A stretch of DNA of 64,000 nt from a virus. Both the position numbers and the translations under genes were made by a program. A model generated the notes under the pieces. That model saw nothing but the letters and a program-made list of their open reading frames with translations, did no database searches and was not told the origin of the DNA. This document shows, piece by piece, positions 10,643 through 19,828 of the stretch. The stretch's first letter is position 1. Every line of letters starts with the position of its first letter. The DNA is taken from positions 1-64,000 of the IMG/VR virus record IMGVR_UViG_3300037246_001176; one strand, written 5' to 3'.

Positions 10643-10925
10643 ATGCGTGCGACTGGGAGGGTTGCCTATCTGCAATCGCTGAAGTGACCAACTTCACCTG
10701 GCCGCCTTTTTCTTGATCAGGTGGTGGATTTGGCAACAGCATCCAATGACTAATATGATTCCATCCATGACCAGAATCAAGAACTACTAGCCCTCCAAAA
10801 TCTTGAACTGGCATAACTCTCCCAAAATGTATCATCCAACAATCCTCATCCACAGGTGATGCTCCAATTACCCGACTTCCTACTTCTGGCAAAGTTTCGT
10901 CTACAGATATCCACTTACTTATCAT
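10641..10925 (-). CDS. DUF551-like small protein
   Basis: WISVDETLPE...ISHWMLLPNPP. Confidence 0.8.
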   Translation of the reverse strand: MISKWISVDETLPEVGSRVIGASPVDEDCWMIHFGRVMPVQDFGGLVVLDSGHGWNHISHWMLLPNPPPDQEKGGQVKLVTSAIADRQPSQSHA

Positions 10926-10954
10926 TTGACAACCTGCTTGTGGTGTGGTATAAT
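10926..10954 (+). promoter_or_regulatory. Perfect-consensus sigma70-type promoter
   Basis: TTGACA-17 bp-TATAAT. Confidence 0.8.
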
Positions 10955-10960
10955 ATTAGT

Positions 10961-11071
10961 CGTTGTGGTAAGGGTTTGGTGTGCTTTGGTCTGATCCGGT
11001 TTGGTCCGCTGTGATATGACCTGCTAAGATTTGGTACGGTATGGGGCGCTGGGATAATACCCAGCGCTTTT
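10961..11071 (+). ncRNA. Putative small RNA (about 110 nt) made of pentamer repeats
   Basis: Bounded by a consensus promoter and an intrinsic terminator; no ORF in the track; 5-nt periodicity. Confidence 0.5.
11046..11071 (+). terminator. Intrinsic terminator
   Basis: GCGCTGGG-ataata-CCCAGCGC followed by TTTT. Confidence 0.75.
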
Positions 11072-11087
11072 GCTTTGGTATGGTTAA

Positions 11088-11786
11088 TCATCTCCTGCCT
11101 GTTGGTACGCGCAAATATCGGCCTGACACTAAAATAAGTTCAACCATCGGGTCAATAGTTTTGTAAAACTCTAATGTGCCTAGTTCCGTGCTTGCCAAGA
11201 CGGACGCGCCACTCGATTGCAATCTTTTATAAAAAATCGCTGACTGCATAATACACGCCTGCTTTATGTCATCCGGGATGTCGTCCGAATAGCCCCAACG
11301 CGCCAGAACCTGAACCGTCGGCAACCCCCGCACCCCCGCCCCATACGGCCTGAAACCGGCCAGCCCCCGCCACCTGCCGCCAGTGAAGTAGCTCCAACTT
11401 CCGTTCGGATCCACCATGATAGAGTCGTAAGGCAGGCTGTTGAAATCCGGCGCTTTCGGATCGCCAGAGAACGGGATCCAGTCCCCGTCCCCGGCCAGCG
11501 GAGCAGTAGGCGTCGTCCAGGCCGTGTACGTCGTCTCGCTCGGCGACTCCTTGACAGACACGAGCTCAATTTCCACGGTTTCGTCTATCAGCAGATATCC
11601 CTTCCCGTTGCCGGTGTAATACCGCACCGTCGCCGCGTCGCTCGCCTCAAACCCATCGGGCCGGTTGCAGAACCTGTCGATGGCCCTAGATGCCGCGTCG
11701 ATGATCTGCGGCAGGAAGGCGTCGGCGTCGGGGTTCGTCTTCTGAATCCTGCTTTTCAACTGTGCTAAAGTAGTGTACGCACTCAT
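11088..11786 (-). CDS. Head-tail connector protein (gp6/gp15-like)
   Basis: YTTLAQLKSR...IDAASRAIDRFCNR...WGY...IPDDIKQAC. Confidence 0.85.
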   Translation of the reverse strand: MSAYTTLAQLKSRIQKTNPDADAFLPQIIDAASRAIDRFCNRPDGFEASDAATVRYYTGNGKGYLLIDETVEIELVSVKESPSETTYTAWTTPTAPLAGDGDWIPFSGDPKAPDFNSLPYDSIMVDPNGSWSYFTGGRWRGLAGFRPYGAGVRGLPTVQVLARWGYSDDIPDDIKQACIMQSAIFYKRLQSSGASVLASTELGTLEFYKTIDPMVELILVSGRYLRVPTGRR

Positions 11787-12532
11787 GCTATAGCCCCCGT
11801 CACGATGTCGCTGATGTTGAACCTGCCCATCGTCAGCAGCTGCGCCAGCCCCCCGCCCGTTATCATCTTGAAATCATAGAGCAAATTGTCGGTCGTTTTC
11901 AATTTGGCAGTCTCCGCCACGGCCAGCGTCACCGTCACATCCCCGGCCACTGCGTCGTCGACCGTCAGCGTACCGTTGCCCGCCACAGTCGCCGCCGTCG
12001 CGTTGATGAACAGAAGCCCAGCGGTCTCTTCTATCTGCACCACCGACAGGCTGTCGCCGTCCTTTGGCTTGCGCTTGACGGTAAAGTACAGCGTGTCGCG
12101 CGTCGTCAGGTCGCCCAGCCCCGTGATGCTGAAATCCCATGAGGTAGCCCACGGCATCGTCACCGTCGAACCCTCCACCGCCGCTATCACGCTCGCCGCC
12201 GACTGGCTCAGCGTCTTCACCGTGTAGCTCCACGGCGAGATGCCCTTATCCGCGCCCATGACGTTGTCGGTGTCCAGCACCGCCGCGCCTGTGTACAACC
12301 CCCGCAGGAAATAGTGGTAATCGTCGAAGTTGGCATCCGCGTAGATGCGGATGTACGCCCCGACGTTGTCCATCTCCTCGGTCGGGTTCTGCGTCCCGTC
12401 CCAGATGACCGTATCCGCGCCGGTCAGCCTATCCTGACGCGTCAGGTACAGGTCAATGTCGGCTAGCGCCAGGCCCGTCGCCGGTTCTCCGTCGTTTTTG
12501 GTGAAAAACACTGCTATGGTTAAGCTGGGCAT
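11783..12532 (-). CDS. Virion structural protein with BppU-like C-terminal domain
   Basis: FTVK...GDVTVTL...ETAKL...YDFKM pattern. Confidence 0.55.
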   Translation of the reverse strand: MPSLTIAVFFTKNDGEPATGLALADIDLYLTRQDRLTGADTVIWDGTQNPTEEMDNVGAYIRIYADANFDDYHYFLRGLYTGAAVLDTDNVMGADKGISPWSYTVKTLSQSAASVIAAVEGSTVTMPWATSWDFSITGLGDLTTRDTLYFTVKRKPKDGDSLSVVQIEETAGLLFINATAATVAGNGTLTVDDAVAGDVTVTLAVAETAKLKTTDNLLYDFKMITGGGLAQLLTMGRFNISDIVTGAIA

Positions 12533-12557
12533 TTCTTGCCTCGTGTGTGAATACTGA

Positions 12558-12787
12558 TCATTGCGCTATCACGCTTCTTATTTGAGATACTGCGACGATG
12601 CGACCGTCAGGCGTGATTTGCGCCACGGCAAAGATGTTTTACAGCCGTGTCGTCTCAACACCTGCTGAATCGCTTCCGAACAAGCCCGTTCACGATTAGC
12701 CTGTTCTTCCTGTAACAGCTCACGCGCTGCATTAGCGTCGAATTTCTGTTCGGTTGGCTGTTCTTCAGTCTTTTGCTTCTCTGTCAC
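12558..12787 (-). pseudogene. Small protein with apparent frameshift near 12640
   Basis: GTG start overlaps the upstream TGA; the alternative frame continues IFAVAQITPDGRIVAVSQ. Confidence 0.4.
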
Positions 12788-13047
12788 GGTGTTACCTCCG
12801 CCTCGGCTTTGGCCCAAATCCAATCCATGAAGGCCAGCAGGTTGGTTTTCATGTTATCAGTCAAATGCGGTATCAGATTGCCGTGTAGATGATTCATTGG
12901 AGGCCGTACTGGTCATTTAATCGTAATGCGAAATCGCATAGATTGTGGCCCTTCTGGATGTTCCTCCTCAGTCGTGCGGAACATGACGATCTCAATCTCG
13001 CGTATCACCGGATTGCGGGTTACTGACGGTTGTTCTTGAAATGACAT
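12784..13047 (-). pseudogene. 87-codon gene with an in-frame TGA at 12913-12915
   Basis: MSFQEQPSVTRNP...ITIK*PVRPPMNHLHGNLIPHLT...KAEAEVTP; fills the gap between neighbours and couples to the next start. Confidence 0.55.
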
Positions 13048-13058
13048 TATGTGCCTCT

Positions 13059-14294
13059 CTATTTAGCTGTTTCAGTGCGAGAACCAACTGTATCCTCTTC
13101 AATGTGCACGCCAACCATCGTGACGAATGGATCGTTGCTCGGTGCATTGCCTCCACCAACCAGGGCAATTCTTCTAAATCGCATCTTCAGTGATGCTTGT
13201 ATCAGTAAGTTCGTACCAACTATCGTCCCAACTGGGATATATAGGTGCATCCTATCCGCTAGTCCTCCAGTTATCGTATAGTCACCAGAAGTTATGATAG
13301 CAGCTGCGGACATCACTTCGTTTTTATCACCTATAGTATACTCAATTTCATAGTTGACATCTGTGTCTCCAACATCACTACCATCGAGCACTATGTGAAC
13401 GTGCAGCGTTATATCACTTCCTTCTTTATATGAGTGTGCTATTTCTCCAGACGGCAGATGGATGTAATCGTTGATGGCAAAAGTGTACTCCATAGTATTT
13501 CCCTGGAACGCTGCCCAAGTGGGTTGGTTCGCTCCTCCAATCCTCCCCGATGACATAGGAAAGTAGATGTCGTTCCACACTGTGGCCGTGCGTAGAAATT
13601 GCAATGTTCCATCGGCTTGTATCTCAGCTAATATATTGCCAGCAGCGTTTTGAATCTCCAGTATCGGGTTGGTGGGGTCGTCGTCTGTGGTCTGGAGTAT
13701 CAGCACCGACCTGGCGGCAGTAGCCGCGCTAATCACAGCCCCATCTTCAAATGTATGCAGTCCTGTCCAGTTCGGCGTCTGGTCAACACCCCAACTGTTT
13801 ACACCGATGCTGACGTAGGCATAACCAGCACCAGCTACGGCTGGGGCAGGGCCTGTAGGCCCCGTCGGCCCAGCAACCGTCGATGTCGGGCCGGTAGGCC
13901 CCGTCGGGCCGGGAACCGTCGATGTCGGCCCAGTAGGCCCTGTCGGGCCGGGAACCGTTGAGGTTGGGCCAGTTGGGCCGGTGGCTCCCGTCGGCCCCTC
14001 AACTGTCGATGTCGGCCCTGTCGGCCCGGTGGCCCCAGTCGGCCCGGTTGGCCCTTCTACCGTCGAAGTCGGCCCCGTCGGGCCGGGGACAGTTGAGGTC
14101 GGGCCTGTAGGCCCCGTCGGCCCAGCAACCGTCGATGTCGGGCCTGTAGGGCCGGTCGCACCTGTTGTGCCCGCCCCAGTCGGCCCGGTCGCACCCGTCG
14201 GGCCAACGACTGTCGATGTCGGGCCGGTCGGGCCTGTAGGTCCCGTAGGCCCCTGTGGCCCAACCCCAGGGGCCTGAGCGAGCAACAAGCTCAT
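13059..14294 (-). CDS. Collagen-like (GPT)n fibre protein
   Basis: About 140 aa of GPT repeats interrupted by STV(P/E/A); globular C-terminus; ATGA-coupled to the upstream glycosyltransferase. Confidence 0.9.
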   Translation of the reverse strand: MSLLLAQAPGVGPQGPTGPTGPTGPTSTVVGPTGATGPTGAGTTGATGPTGPTSTVAGPTGPTGPTSTVPGPTGPTSTVEGPTGPTGATGPTGPTSTVEGPTGATGPTGPTSTVPGPTGPTGPTSTVPGPTGPTGPTSTVAGPTGPTGPAPAVAGAGYAYVSIGVNSWGVDQTPNWTGLHTFEDGAVISAATAARSVLILQTTDDDPTNPILEIQNAAGNILAEIQADGTLQFLRTATVWNDIYFPMSSGRIGGANQPTWAAFQGNTMEYTFAINDYIHLPSGEIAHSYKEGSDITLHVHIVLDGSDVGDTDVNYEIEYTIGDKNEVMSAAAIITSGDYTITGGLADRMHLYIPVGTIVGTNLLIQASLKMRFRRIALVGGGNAPSNDPFVTMVGVHIEEDTVGSRTETAK

Positions 14295-15838
14295 GACATC
14301 ACCTTCCACGCCAAGACGTGACTGCCAACCTGATCGAGATTACCCTTAGTGACAGTCTTGTATCCCAGCCTCTCGTAATCAGCCGGGAGCAGCTTCGCGA
14401 CATGCTCCTCGTGACTGTTCCTGTACACAGCCCCCTGCTCATAATGTCCCCACGGGCTGCTGAGTACCACCAATTTCTTGGCCACCTGTTCCAGCCGCTT
14501 CACGGTCGTTTCAAAATCCTTGATGGGAGTGTGTTCTGGCCCATGCCACCAGAAGACGGTATCGTATTCTGCCAGTTCCACGTCTCTGACGTCGCCCTCC
14601 ATGACCTCTCGGAACCTGCCGTCGCCCCTATAATGCCCCGCGTTCGCCGGGAATATCTCCAGCAGCGTCAGCCGATGGCCCAGCCTGTGCAGAAGCTCGA
14701 CGCACTCCGGCGCACGGAGACGATTCGCGCCCACATACAATGTCCGTCCGCCATCGCGCAGCTGCGGGATGCAGTCCAGGCACTGATGCCAGCGGTTGTC
14801 CTCGAAATAGGACAAGTTCTTCGCCAACCTCGCGTTACCTGGCGCAAGTTCCGCCGCTTTCCTGGCGTGAATAAGTCCCTCCTCCACCGCGCCTATCTGC
14901 CACAGACACCGCGCCAGCAGGTCGTGGATGTGGAACCCGTACCACACGGGGTTGACGTATTTCCTGGTGTCTGGCATGATCTCCAGAGCGCATTTCAGCA
15001 GCCCTGCCGCAAGCCGGTCTCTCTTCTGCGCGTGATATATCTCCGCCAGCATCCCCCACCACGAGCGGCGCTCCGGCTGCGCGGCGCACGCCCTGTGCAG
15101 CATCCTCGTTTGTTTCTCCGTCTCGTTCAGCTTGGCGTAGCAGCGGGCCATGAAGCCGCAAGCGTCTGCTTCGTCATGCGTTGGCCGCTCCATATATTTT
15201 TGGAACATCTCAATAGCCTTCAGCCATTGGCCTGCATAATAATACTGTCGCCCGACGTAATAGAGAGGTCGTGGTTCGCCAGGGTTTTCCTGCACATCCA
15301 GCAACAGCCTGTCCAGGAAATATTTTGGTTTCCATGCCAGTCGCTCTGGCGGTGGCCTGTGCTCCCACAGGAACTTTGTCCACACCGTCGTGCCCCACCC
15401 GTTCGTCGGTAGCGGTATCTCATGCGCTCTGTACTTGTACCGGAACGCCCCTCGCCGCCAGACAAGCATCCGAGACCAGGTGAGCGTCACTTCCTCCCTG
15501 CCGTTGATGTTTGATTCTAACACATACACGCCCTGCGCGTCCGTCGTTTCGAGGAACTGTCGCAGCCCGACGGGATCGACGATCAGCTCATCCGCGTCCA
15601 TCACGACGATCCAGTCGCCCGTTGCGGCGTCAAGGGCCTTGTTTCTTGACTCGCCCTTGTGCATCCTGTCTGCGCCAGTGATGACCACGGCCCCCAGCCC
15701 TTCGGCAACTTCTACCGTCCGGTCTGTCGAGCCGGTGTCAACTATCACCACCTCGTCGACCAGGCCCTCGGCACTGCCCACGGCCTGGGCCAGCAGCTTC
15801 TCTTCGTTTCTGACTATCATGCACAAAGACACTCTCAT
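14291..15838 (-). CDS. GT2 glycosyltransferase-TPR-methyltransferase-like fusion
   Basis: [26 protein letters not shown] motifs; TPR helices; C-terminal SAM-fold-like segment (GDVRD...[12 protein letters not shown]). Confidence 0.85.
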   Translation of the reverse strand: MRVSLCMIVRNEEKLLAQAVGSAEGLVDEVVIVDTGSTDRTVEVAEGLGAVVITGADRMHKGESRNKALDAATGDWIVVMDADELIVDPVGLRQFLETTDAQGVYVLESNINGREEVTLTWSRMLVWRRGAFRYKYRAHEIPLPTNGWGTTVWTKFLWEHRPPPERLAWKPKYFLDRLLLDVQENPGEPRPLYYVGRQYYYAGQWLKAIEMFQKYMERPTHDEADACGFMARCYAKLNETEKQTRMLHRACAAQPERRSWWGMLAEIYHAQKRDRLAAGLLKCALEIMPDTRKYVNPVWYGFHIHDLLARCLWQIGAVEEGLIHARKAAELAPGNARLAKNLSYFEDNRWHQCLDCIPQLRDGGRTLYVGANRLRAPECVELLHRLGHRLTLLEIFPANAGHYRGDGRFREVMEGDVRDVELAEYDTVFWWHGPEHTPIKDFETTVKRLEQVAKKLVVLSSPWGHYEQGAVYRNSHEEHVAKLLPADYERLGYKTVTKGNLDQVGSHVLAWKVMS

Positions 15839-15879
15839 GCCAAATTCCTGTCTATCATCTCCGCCCTCATTGCCTATCC

Positions 15880-16314
15880 TCACGGCTCTAAATCCCACTC
15901 CTCTTGATACAGCGCCAAGTAACCACGGCACTCGTCGCCGGATTGCTGCCAGTTGGAGCCGCCATCACCAAAGCGCTCGACTTTGAATCGCTCGACGTCG
16001 CTGTAGAGAAATTGCCAGACAGCCGTTGAGCCACCGGCATAAGACACGGAATCGATCTCGCTCTGGATGTTCTCAACTGGTACGCCAAACTCGTCGGCCA
16101 GCAGTTGCTTGAACGCAACGACGGACACCTCCTCGGTGTTGAACCTGGATTCATAGATCACGGCATCCTCATCAAGCCGCGTCCGTCGATGGTTGTTGTA
16201 ACAAGGAAAGCGCGAGTCCAGCGTCCCCATATTCTCAAAGACGGTTTGCAGTGCGGCCCAGTTGCCCGCGCCGATAGTTTGCCTCTTGACTACAAAGTAT
16301 CCGTGCCAGTTCAT
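15880..16314 (-). CDS. Hypothetical protein
   Basis: ORF coupled to the upstream gene. Confidence 0.7.
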   Translation of the reverse strand: MNWHGYFVVKRQTIGAGNWAALQTVFENMGTLDSRFPCYNNHRRTRLDEDAVIYESRFNTEEVSVVAFKQLLADEFGVPVENIQSEIDSVSYAGGSTAVWQFLYSDVERFKVERFGDGGSNWQQSGDECRGYLALYQEEWDLEP

Positions 16315-17042
16315 GGTATCACCGCCAAGTCTGCTATTTGTGCCGCTGCCAGCACCCTATTCCAATAAGCACTGTGGGCAAGCCAGCCGTGCCACACATT
16401 GACAGGCGCCGTGTTTATCGCGCCGATGACACAATCGGTGGCGTTAAGACCTCCAGCCCACGCACCCAAGCCAATCTGAGTAACACCTGCCTGAGAACCA
16501 TTGAAATAAAATTTAAGCTCGTCAGCATTATTGCTATCACTCCACGTCATTGTCAGCAGCATAAAACCGAGATCAGTGAAAGGTCCTGCAGATCTATCTT
16601 TATACGTGCCCCCGGCTTTATACCTAGAAAGCAATCTGTTATTTGTGGCATAACGACCAAGACTTAGATAATTATTAACTACATCAGCTGTCAGCGTAGC
16701 TGCGATGCGCACGGTTGAGTCAGTCCATATACCGATGTTAAATACCTTGGCCCAAATCATTAGCGAACCTTCAGCACCATTAAAGGCCGCAGCCAGTCCA
16801 GCACTGAAGATATTGACAAAATCATTTGCCCCATCAAAAAACGGACATGTCCTGCCATCCCCGACCCCCGGCTGCCCCAGCGTCACTCCAGTATAAGTAC
16901 CGTGGAATTCATTGCGGCTGACGTCGTGGGCCACATTGCCTTGCTTCTCATCCAGCATCCAGTATGCCATTGGGTCAGTTGCCAACACCCGCTGCATGTA
17001 TTGCACATTCCATTGTCCGTCTGGTAACGCTATGTCCCGCAT
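16311..17042 (-). CDS. LamG/concanavalin-like jelly-roll virion protein
   Basis: AYWMLDE...FDGANDFV...FYFNG...YWNRVL. Confidence 0.8.
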   Translation of the reverse strand: MRDIALPDGQWNVQYMQRVLATDPMAYWMLDEKQGNVAHDVSRNEFHGTYTGVTLGQPGVGDGRTCPFFDGANDFVNIFSAGLAAAFNGAEGSLMIWAKVFNIGIWTDSTVRIAATLTADVVNNYLSLGRYATNNRLLSRYKAGGTYKDRSAGPFTDLGFMLLTMTWSDSNNADELKFYFNGSQAGVTQIGLGAWAGGLNATDCVIGAINTAPVNVWHGWLAHSAYWNRVLAAAQIADLAVIP

Positions 17043-17044
17043 TG

Positions 17045-17920
17045 TCAGTTCCTGCTAATCGTGAGTTTTACAGTAAGGTCATCAGTAGCCGTATACGTCG
17101 GCGTCGCCCTGACGACTAGTTGGGCGAACAGGCTCGTCCCCACAAGATCGAATGCGAACGGCATCCTCAACCCGCTCCCCTTTGCCGCCACGCTGTTATC
17201 AACGAAATCGGCATAGTCGGTCGCGGCTACGTCAATGAATCCAACGCAATTTTGCATGTCGGCATCGGACGGATCGAAGGGGGCGTTGTCAGCGATAGGC
17301 GTGAATGCCTGGTCAAAGAATACAATATCAATCGGGGCCATTTCCTGATCGTCATCTACGATCACCACTTTGATGATAGTGCCCGTTCCTCCAGCCAGCC
17401 TCGCTGCATCTGCGAACGTTAGCAGGCCGCCTAACGCATCGCCGCTGGCGTACAATCCCGCCGTGATCGTCGGGGTCTGGACGATGCACAGGCTGGTGTC
17501 GTTGGTCTGTACCGGCACAGGGTTGCCGACAGCGACATCGGCATCCCCGACTTGAATGTTGGCGTTTGCATTTAGGTTGTCATGAACTGCCTGGTCAACG
17601 GTGAGAGTTCCGTCCACACCACTTACAGGCACTGGATTATCATCGCTCACGTCAACGTCCCCAACCTGGATGTTGGCGTTCGCGTTCAGGTTGTCGTGAA
17701 CTGCCTGATCGACGGTGAGAGCTCCATCCACGCCACTTACAGGCACTGGATTATCATTGCTTACATCAACATCCCCGACTTGGATGTTGGCGTTCACATT
17801 TGCTGATCCTGGAGTAGCAATAGCTCGAACTATCGCATGTGTTCCGTCCTCCATATCCTTGTATGTAGTTCGCATGTCTAGCGGCAACGCTCCGCCCATC
17901 TCTCTCGTTATGTCTGCCAT
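17045..17920 (-). CDS. Putative virion fibre/decoration protein with 36-aa tandem repeats
   Basis: NANIQVGDVDVSxDNPVPVSGVDGxLTVDQAVHDNL repeated about 2.5 times. Confidence 0.7.
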   Translation of the reverse strand: MADITREMGGALPLDMRTTYKDMEDGTHAIVRAIATPGSANVNANIQVGDVDVSNDNPVPVSGVDGALTVDQAVHDNLNANANIQVGDVDVSDDNPVPVSGVDGTLTVDQAVHDNLNANANIQVGDADVAVGNPVPVQTNDTSLCIVQTPTITAGLYASGDALGGLLTFADAARLAGGTGTIIKVVIVDDDQEMAPIDIVFFDQAFTPIADNAPFDPSDADMQNCVGFIDVAATDYADFVDNSVAAKGSGLRMPFAFDLVGTSLFAQLVVRATPTYTATDDLTVKLTISRN

Positions 17921-17924
17921 CTCT

Positions 17925-18032
17925 CTACTCCTTTGCTATGACCAGGGCGCAAATTCCGTCGCCCATGTCTTTGTATCGCACCTTCATCGTTGGGGGCAAT
18001 GCCTCTCGTTGCCTTCTCACTATGTCAGCCAC
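17925..18032 (-). CDS. 35-aa mini-ORF duplicating the N-terminus of the downstream gene
   Basis: MADIVRRQREALPPTMKVRYKDMGDGICALVIAKE versus MADITREMGGALPLDMRTTYKDMEDGTHAIVRAIA. Confidence 0.6.
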   Translation of the reverse strand: MADIVRRQREALPPTMKVRYKDMGDGICALVIAKE

Positions 18033-18035
18033 GAT

Positions 18036-18731
18036 CTACCTCCTCAAGTTTTTCGCTATCGTTTCTGTCGTCATCGTCTGCATATACTGCCTGCTTAGCC
18101 TGCCGCAGTACACATCCCACAGCGAACCGAAATCAATGATGAACGACTGCTGGCCCAGTTGCCAGAACAGCTCGCGAACCAGCACCTTTCCCGTCGGCCC
18201 AGCCGAGATGCTGATTATCGCCGGTTTCCCGAAGGCCAGCACCTGCTTCACGATCCGCTTTTTCGCAGTGTAACAATCTCGCGCCGGTATCCTGACGTGA
18301 ACCGCCACCGGGAATATGCGGTTGACCTTGTGCAGCCACGGAGGCCCCACAACGATCTTGGGCAATTCACTCTCTCGGAACGCCTTTATCAGCGGGTTCA
18401 GCCAGCCTTTCTTGCTGGCCTTGTAGAATACCGTGCAGTCGTGCCACGGTATCCCGCCCGCGTGCTTGTTCAGCCACTGTTTCACTGATCTCTTTATTGA
18501 ACTCTCACGCAATGCCATGAAGTAGTTGTCTGTCTTGGGCCGCTGGGTGATGCCCCGTCTCAGGTCTCTCCGCAAGGCTGGAATGTTCAGTGCCTGGCTG
18601 CCCGATCCTGTGCGCAGGCGTCTGTCGTTCAGGATCGCGCTCCATTCACCGTCTCCGTATCTCGCCAGACTGAAGGGGATTCCCGATTTAATTCTGTCCA
18701 CATAAAATTGCAGCCCTGGCCGCCTCAGCAT
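18036..18731 (-). CDS. GT-D fold (DUF1792-like) glycosyltransferase, paralogue 3
   Basis: LARYGDGEW; SAGPTGKVL...IIDFGSLWD. Confidence 0.7.
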   Translation of the reverse strand: MLRRPGLQFYVDRIKSGIPFSLARYGDGEWSAILNDRRLRTGSGSQALNIPALRRDLRRGITQRPKTDNYFMALRESSIKRSVKQWLNKHAGGIPWHDCTVFYKASKKGWLNPLIKAFRESELPKIVVGPPWLHKVNRIFPVAVHVRIPARDCYTAKKRIVKQVLAFGKPAIISISAGPTGKVLVRELFWQLGQQSFIIDFGSLWDVYCGRLSRQYMQTMTTETIAKNLRR

Positions 18732-19828
18732 CCCGTATAGCTCCTTATTACCTGGCAAACTCGTATCACATCTCTCTCCTCTATCGCCGTCCCCGACGGC
18801 AGCACCATCACGCGCTCAACCAGTCGCTCCGTCTCTGGCAGTAGCAGTCCTGCGTGCGGCTGGAGGGAACGGTACGGCTCCATCCTGTGGCAGCCGGGAT
18901 AGAAGTACCGCCGGGCCACGATCCCTTCCTTGTCCAGCGCGTAGATCAGATCGTTCCTGCTTATCCCTGCTTTCCCCTCGTCCACTTCGATCACCACATA
19001 ATGATAGTTGTTCCGCTGGTCGTCGTCGTGCTCCACCAGCCTGATGCCTTCCAGCCCTTCCAGCTCTGCCTGGTATCGCCTGTGGTTTCGCAGGTTCGCC
19101 GCCACGATCTCGTCCAGCTGCTCCAGCATCGTCAGGCCCGCCGCCGCCGAGATCTCATTCATCTTCCCGTTGATTCCCAGGCACACCACATCGTCGTAAT
19201 CTAGGAACCCGAAGTTCCGCAGCAGTTGCGCCTTCTCTGCCACCTCGTCGTCGTCGGTCAGGATCGCCCCGCCTTCTAATGTATGAAAGACTTTTGTCGC
19301 GTGGAAGCTGAACACTTCGGCGTCACCAAATCTCCCTATCATTCGCCCCCGATGCGAGCAGCCGAAAGCGTGCGCCGCGTCAAACAACAGCTGCAGATCG
19401 TGTTCCCTAGCTATCCGTTCCAGCCGCTCTGTCTGGCAAGGCCGCCCCCACACATGCACCCCCATGATGCCCGTCGTGCGCGGCGTTATCAGTTCCTCGA
19501 TCCTGTTCGGATCTATGTTGTGCCCTGCCACGTCGCAGAAGACCGGCCTGATTCCCAGCCACTGTAGCACATGCGCCGTCGCTATGAATGTGAACGATGG
19601 CAAGATGACTTCGCCCTCCAGCCCCAATGCCCGAACCGCTATCTCCAATCCCACCGTTCCGCTGCTCACAGCCACGCAATGTCTCACCTGGTGCAGCTTG
19701 GCTATCTGCTGTTCCAGTTCCTGCACGAACGGCCCGTCGTTTGACAGCCGCCGATCGTCCAGCGCCTGCTCGATCCTCCCAAACAGTCGTTCTCTGTTCG
19801 GTATGTTTGGCCGACTCATGAGCTTCAT
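18725..19828 (-). CDS. DegT/DnrJ-family NDP-sugar aminotransferase (VioA-like)
   Basis: SFTFIATAH, FDAAHAFG, FSFHATKVF (PLP lysine), GINGKMNE, ARRYFYPGCH. Confidence 0.93.
   Translation of the reverse strand: MKLMSRPNIPNRERLFGRIEQALDDRRLSNDGPFVQELEQQIAKLHQVRHCVAVSSGTVGLEIAVRALGLEGEVILPSFTFIATAHVLQWLGIRPVFCDVAGHNIDPNRIEELITPRTTGIMGVHVWGRPCQTERLERIAREHDLQLLFDAAHAFGCSHRGRMIGRFGDAEVFSFHATKVFHTLEGGAILTDDDEVAEKAQLLRNFGFLDYDDVVCLGINGKMNEISAAAGLTMLEQLDEIVAANLRNHRRYQAELEGLEGIRLVEHDDDQRNNYHYVVIEVDEGKAGISRNDLIYALDKEGIVARRYFYPGCHRMEPYRSLQPHAGLLLPETERLVERVMVLPSGTAIEERDVIRVCQVIRSYTGC

Noticed and set aside
10961-11044. CRISPR array or tRNA
   Set aside because: No repeat-spacer structure or cloverleaf; none seen elsewhere in the window either
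490-13860. Diversity-generating retroelement template/variable pair in the shared collagen module
   Set aside because: Differences are mostly synonymous rather than adenine-specific, and there is no reverse transcriptase in the window
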